Positions 33,833 to 39,228 of a stretch of DNA of 39,228 bases are shown here, in pieces (the first letter of the stretch is position 1; each line of letters starts with the position of its first letter). The notes beneath the pieces were generated by a model. The model searched no databases. It was not told the DNA's origin and was given only the letters and a program-made list of their open reading frames with translations. Made by a program: the position numbers and the translations under genes. The DNA is from Octopus bimaculoides (taxonomy: Eukaryota). Where the stretch lies: the NCBI RefSeq assembly GCF_001194135.2, contig NC_068998.1, positions 11,627,780-11,667,007 of the forward strand. The letters run 5' to 3'.

Positions 33833-35727
33833 GTCGCTGTCGTCGTCATCATTGCAGCAATTGTTAGTAACTTGCTTTGTTTACATATTCTATTAGTACT
33901 GACCAATCCTTTGTAGCCGTTGAAAGAACAGTTTAAAATGGCCTATAGTGGAGTGGGAAAATCTAACTTCTCTAGCTTGGAAGGGGAACTTGCAGATCTT
34001 GTTTTGACTCGTTGCTTTATTTATTTATTTATTTATTTATTTGATATTATATATAATTAAGTTTTGTCTGCTTTGCTCGAACTGCTGCAGTCTGGTGCAA
34101 TGCTGATTTCGACATATTGTCTTTTGTCTTTCGTCAGGGCCAATAGTTTCAGCCGTTTCCGTCTCCCCCACCCCACCCCACATCCATTATGCCGGCTCTC
34201 TCGGTGAACATCTTTAAAACTCGACACGTAAGTCCAGATTTCGTTGCAGACAGTCACTATGACAGCTATACACCAATGCATGGATGCTTACACATCGAAA
34301 CCACGATCCTACGACCGCGAGTCCGCTGCCCTAACCACTGGGTCATTGCGCCTCCACTCCTTTTATTAACACTAAGGGAAAAATATAAACAGCTGACTCG
34401 ACCCTAGTGTATTAATGGTAAATATTTTATCAACAACAAAACCATGAAATGGAAAGTCAGCGTTGCTGGGATTCGAACTCAGGCTTATAAAACAATGAAA
34501 GTGGTCCACCAGGGGAGTGAATCCAATTTCTTAACGTCTTCGAAAATTCCTCTAATAANNNNNNNNNNNNNNNNNNNNNNNNNNNNNNNNNNNNNNNNNN
34601 NNNNNNNNNNNNNNNNNNNNNNNNNNNNNNNNNNNNNNNNNNNNNNNNNNNNNNNNNNNNNNNNNNNNNNNNNNNNNNNNNNNNNNNNNNNNNNNNNNNN
34701 NNNNNNNNNNNNNNNNNNNNNNNNNNNNNNNNNNNNNNNNNNNNNNNNNNNNNNNNNNNNNNNNNNNNNNNNNNNNNNNNNNNNNNNNNNNNNNNNNNNN
34801 NNNNNNNNNNNNNNNNNNNNNNNNNNNNNNNNNNNNNNNNNNNNNNNNNNNNNNNNNNNNNNNNNNNNNNNNNNNNNNNNNNNNNNNNNNNNNNNNNNNN
34901 NNNNNNNNNNNNNNNNNNNNNNNNNNNNNNNNNNNNNNNNNNNNNNNNNNNNNNNNNNNNNNNNNNNNNNNNNNNNNNNNNNNNNNNNNNNNNNNNNNNN
35001 NNNNNNNNNNNNNNNNNNNNNNNNNNNNNNNNNNNNNNNNNNNNNNNNNNNNNNNNNNNNNNNNNNNNNNNNNNNNNNNNNNNNNNNNNNNNNNNNNNNN
35101 NNNNNNNNNNNNNNNNNNNNNNNNNNNNNNNNNNNNNNNNNNNNNNNNNNNNNNNNNNNNNNNNNNNNNNNNNNNNNNNNNNNNNNNNNNNNNNNNNNNN
35201 NNNNNNNNNNNNNNNNNNNNNNNNNNNNNNNNNNNNNNNNNNNNNNNNNNNNNNNNNNNNNNNNNNNNNNNNNNNNNNNNNNNNNNNNNNNNNNNNNNNN
35301 NNNNNNNNNNNNNNNNNNNNNNNNNNNNNNNNNNNNNNNNNNNNNNNNNNNNNNNNNNNNNNNNNNNNNNNNNNNNNNNNNNNNNNNNNNNNNNNNNNNN
35401 NNNNNNNNNNNNNNNNNNNNNNNNNNNNNNNTTTTAATTATGTGACTTGGTTAAGTTCAAGAGGTTAAACTTTCTCCATCTAAACACCAGAAAGCGGAGA
35501 AGATTGATCCCTTAAGAAAAGCAATTTATGACTCACAACATTCATTATAACCAGCATAGCTAGAGCTAGTAATAACAAGGCACTAAATTTACAAAATCAG
35601 TAGAGCGCCAGACCAAATAAATGCCTTGTGACATTTAGTTGCAAATCATTCATTAGATTCTGAGTAAGGTTGTGAGCTGGTAGAATCCTCACTGCCCGGA
35701 TAAAATAGCTAACAGCATTTCTTCCGG

Positions 35728-35865
35728 CACTCCAATAATTACTGTTATAAATCTGAGCTTGTAATCCGTGTGGAGTAGCTGTAAGTTTCTCAGTTGTCCA
35801 GAGTAGGTGTTTTCTTTCTCGCTGATCTTCAGCTTTAACATCCGCTGGGCAACAGATTTCTGCTG
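35728..35865 (-). mobile_element. Old fragment of a second RLE-type (R4-like) LINE endonuclease
   Basis: AEICCPADV, then a frameshift, then KLKISEKENTYSGQLRNLQLLHTDYKLRFITVIIG. This resembles the E-x-S-x-P...K..KY...PIIIG block of RLE domains. Confidence 0.55.
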
Positions 35866-37109
35866 TATGTATGTATGTATATATGTATGTATGTATGTAT
35901 GCATACATGTATACAGAGAGAGAGAGGGGGGAAGAGGGAGAGAGAGAGGGAGAGAGAGAGGGAGAGAAAAGAAATACAAGAGAAATAGAAACGTGTAAAT
36001 ACATTTCGTGTACATGCATTATTTTCTAAGACAGAAATGGAGGAGTCAATCGCACTGGTTTCAAATGTGTGTTGGGATTTCATCGGTGACTGAGCTTTGT
36101 CTACAAACATACACACAACCCCTAGACACACACACACATGTATATGTATATATATATATATNNNNNNNNNNNNNNNNNNNNNNNNNNNNNNNNNNNNNNN
36201 NNNNNNNNNNNNNNNNNNNNNNNNNNNNNNNNNNNNNNNNNNNNNNNNNNNNNNNNNNNNNNNNNNNNNNNNNNNNNNNNNNNNNNNNNNNNNNNNNNNN
36301 NNNNNNNNNNNNNNNNNNNNNNNNNNNNNNNNNNNNNNNNNNNNNNNNNNNNNNNNNNNNNNNNNNNNNNNNNNNNNNNNNNNNNNNNNNNNNNNNNNNN
36401 NNNNNNNNNNNNNNNNNNNNNNNNNNNNNNNTATATATACTTATATGTGTGTGTATTTTCAATGTGTACAAATAACACGGAAAGATATATATAAAGAATG
36501 TCACAACAAGCAGTTAAAGAAAGTTCGCAGTTGTTGATGGAATCCCAACTCAGGGTTCAAATGAGGCGTTTAGCAACTGAGCATTTACTGATTTTGTTAA
36601 CAGCCGCCCGTCTGAATAAAAATCCGGTGTACGCAATTGAGGTACTATTAAATTAAAATAGCCCTCTAACTATCATACTTAAAGTATACACGCTATTTTT
36701 AACATAGCACGTGTAAAAGTGATGTTATCTCAGGCCTATCGACAGTGTTTATACTTTATGAATGATACGCTCATGGCTATTTTACTACATGTATTTCATT
36801 CATTTCTATAACGAAATATGCGCATGCGTATGTGTGATTGTGTGTAGGGGGTGTGAAGGGCATGCGGGTATGTGTGTGAAGTAGTAAATCGGGGCGGCGA
36901 TGAAAAGTAATTTTGTTGAGTGATGTTCATTTATGCGGAAAGAGAAATTAGCCATTCAGTAAATAGAGATCGATCAAGTAAGTATTATATAAAAAAAATA
37001 CTGGGATCGATATAATCGAAGAAAACCATTGAAGGCGGAGCCTCAGTCCGATTGAAGTCCGATAACGGGAACAGAAAAAGAGCATTGAAAATGCACACTC
37101 CTTACTGCA

Positions 37110-37210
37110 GGGTCATAAGATTTAACAGGCACAGGGAGGAACATAGATGTTGCACAGATGGTAGTCGAACCAAGAAAGAAAGGTCAGGCCTGGCCGCTGC
37201 TTTTTCGTTC
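37110..37210 (+). mobile_element. Possible RNase H remnant of an I/Jockey-like LINE
   Basis: CTDGSRTKKERSGLAAAF resembles the YTDGSK...GAA first RNase H motif; no other support. Confidence 0.25.
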
Positions 37211-37538
37211 GCCCGTTATACATTAATTAGTAAAAGAGGTGGAGGTGGAGTGAGTGAGAGGTGATGTAAGAGTGAGAGAGAGAGAGAGGGAGGTTTGAAG
37301 AAAGATTAGAGGAAGAGATAGAGAAAGGTGATTAATATTAATAGACTTAGACTAAATAGTCACGTGGTAAGCTGAAGGTAGAGGCGAAGAACGAGAGATA
37401 AAGACGACGAGAGAAAAAGAGGGACAGAGAAGTGTTTACGACGCGCAGCGGGGTGGGAAAGGAATACTTATTACATCGTTAAAAAGTTAGCTGAAGTGAA
37501 AAGGTAGAAAGAGAGAGATGGACAGGGGAGGCAGCTAT

Positions 37539-37591
<53 letters not shown>

Positions 37592-38168
37592 GACAACAGT
37601 GGTGGTGGTGGTGTGTTGCTACTGTAAAGTCTTTTTTTTTATTGAACTAATTTTTTTTATAGCCACCATCGCATACGCATAAGTGCAATTATTTATCGTC
37701 TGCTCGTTTAAAAAATTGATATTTGTTTATAAAGGTCAATTTAACCCAAACTCTGGATTTACAAGAAACACGGTTGCAAGCTTCCCTAGAAAGGAAGCTC
37801 AGATATAGAACACGAATCAGAGAGGAACAGTGAGAGGATATAATAAAGAGAGAAAAAGGACACCAGCGATGGAGACGTGAGGAAGTGACTGTAGACGAAC
37901 GTCAAGAATATTTTAAGAAAGCTAAACTTTGAATGCTGTAAACACGCAAATCATCCTTTCTTTGTTAAGTAGGTCCTCTTAGTTTTTTCCATTCCGTAGA
38001 ATTTACACGGGTCTTACTAGTAAATATATATTATATAACGTATGTGTACGCTTATATACATACATATGTGTGTGCTTGTACCTACGTATGTGTGTGAGAG
38101 TGTGTGTGTCTGTGTGTATATATATATGTGTGCGTGCGTTTGTGTTTGTGTTTGTGTGTGTGTGGAGA

Positions 38169-38304
38169 GAAAGAAGAAGACGAAGAAGAAGAAGAAGAAG
38201 AAGAAGAAGAAGAAGAAGAAGAAATAGAAGAAGAAGAAGAAGAAGAAGAAGAAGAAGAAGAAGAAGAAGAAGAAGAAGAAGAAGAAGAAGAAGAAGAAGA
38301 AGAA
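38169..38304. repeat. (GAA)n tract, ~45 units with two interruptions
   Basis: Direct inspection. Confidence 0.95.
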
Positions 38305-38483
38305 TCGATCCCAGTATTGGAAAGACAGAGTCTTTGTCTATTGACCATGAAAGGATGAAAGATAGAGTTGACATCAATGATATTCGAAATCAGAACGCAG
38401 AGAGCTAGAACGAATTAGCACGAGGCATTCTATCCGACGTTCTAGTGGCAGAGCCAACGCGCTAACATACATACATACATACA

Positions 38484-38516
<33 letters not shown>

Positions 38517-39228
38517 TACATGGAAAAATACGTGCTAGAAAAATGATATTCTCAAGATTAAAACCTGGAAAATTTCAGGACAACTTATTACATCTGGTAA
38601 AGTAGAGAACAAGAAAATTTTTACTCAAAATATTGCAGCTAAGGATAAAATTTGAATATTAAAAATTATTTGATTTTAATTTACAAAGTAACACTATAAT
38701 TAAAAAAAGGTATCATCATTTTGTTAAAATATTGACACACTAGAACACTTAAAAAACGAGAGCTAGAAGTACCAATATAGCTGAAGTTCTATGAAGAGTA
38801 GAATAGTATATATACTAGGCAAATTCATTATGGGAAAAATAGGCATTGGGTCAAGACTAAAAATATGAAGACTTGGCAATAACTTAGGCAATAACTCAAG
38901 CAAATTTTACTATGAATTTGTTGTTATAGGTATATTTTACTGTAATATATAACTAATTTTTGCATTATTCTATTTATTGTACTAACTAATTATGTACTAC
39001 TATTATCTTTTATAACCTATTTTTAAATTTCTAATTATTGATTAATAATTAAAAGAATGAATTTTTTCTAAAGTGCAAAAAATATTTTGAGTTATTTTTT
39101 TATTTCTAATAAAAGTAACAAGTAATAACAAATAGAAGTAATAACACGTAATAAAAGTTTTAGTTTTGATAAAAGCTAATATTTTGTAAATCTAAATATT
39201 TTATTTGAAATAACTGGTCCTGTAATTT

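Noticed and set aside
34444-35445. Long ORFs spanning N-runs (also 10755-11736, 20273-20756, 23342-24125, 25055-25834, 26409-27266, 29488-30468, 36008-36537)
   Set aside because: Their length comes from unresolved gap bases.
1-39228. CRISPR array or prokaryotic defence system
   Set aside because: No regularly spaced direct repeats with unique spacers and no operon-like gene density.

Overview
Eukaryotic, AT-rich, microsatellite- and SINE-saturated DNA from a gapped draft assembly (13 N-runs). The dispersed repeat families look like those I recall from Octopus genomes, so an octopod source is inferred, not proven. Almost all ORFs in the supplied track are artefacts of simple repeats, N-gaps or TE remnants. 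One real protein-coding gene is supported: a two-exon, minus-strand, bacterial-type (Bacillus/Listeria-like) phosphatidylinositol-specific phospholipase C (PI-PLC X-domain). It runs 22884-22251 joined to 14495-14275, across a 7,755-nt phase-1 GT-AG intron, giving 284 aa from the first in-frame ATG; its 5' end is unresolved. The window also carries several hammerhead-ribozyme motifs of the minimal type I kind associated with Penelope-like elements: an inverted pair with intact cores, a third complete candidate, and a head-to-head fusion of two remnants. Other elements are a mariner built from two 5' ends, a ~200-bp fold-back abutting a Tc1 end, a young R4/Dong-type LINE end in (TAA)n, a decayed Tx1/L1 LINE, hAT and pogo-type MITEs and many tRNA-derived SINEs. 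No rRNA, true tRNA, CRISPR or prokaryotic operon structure was seen.
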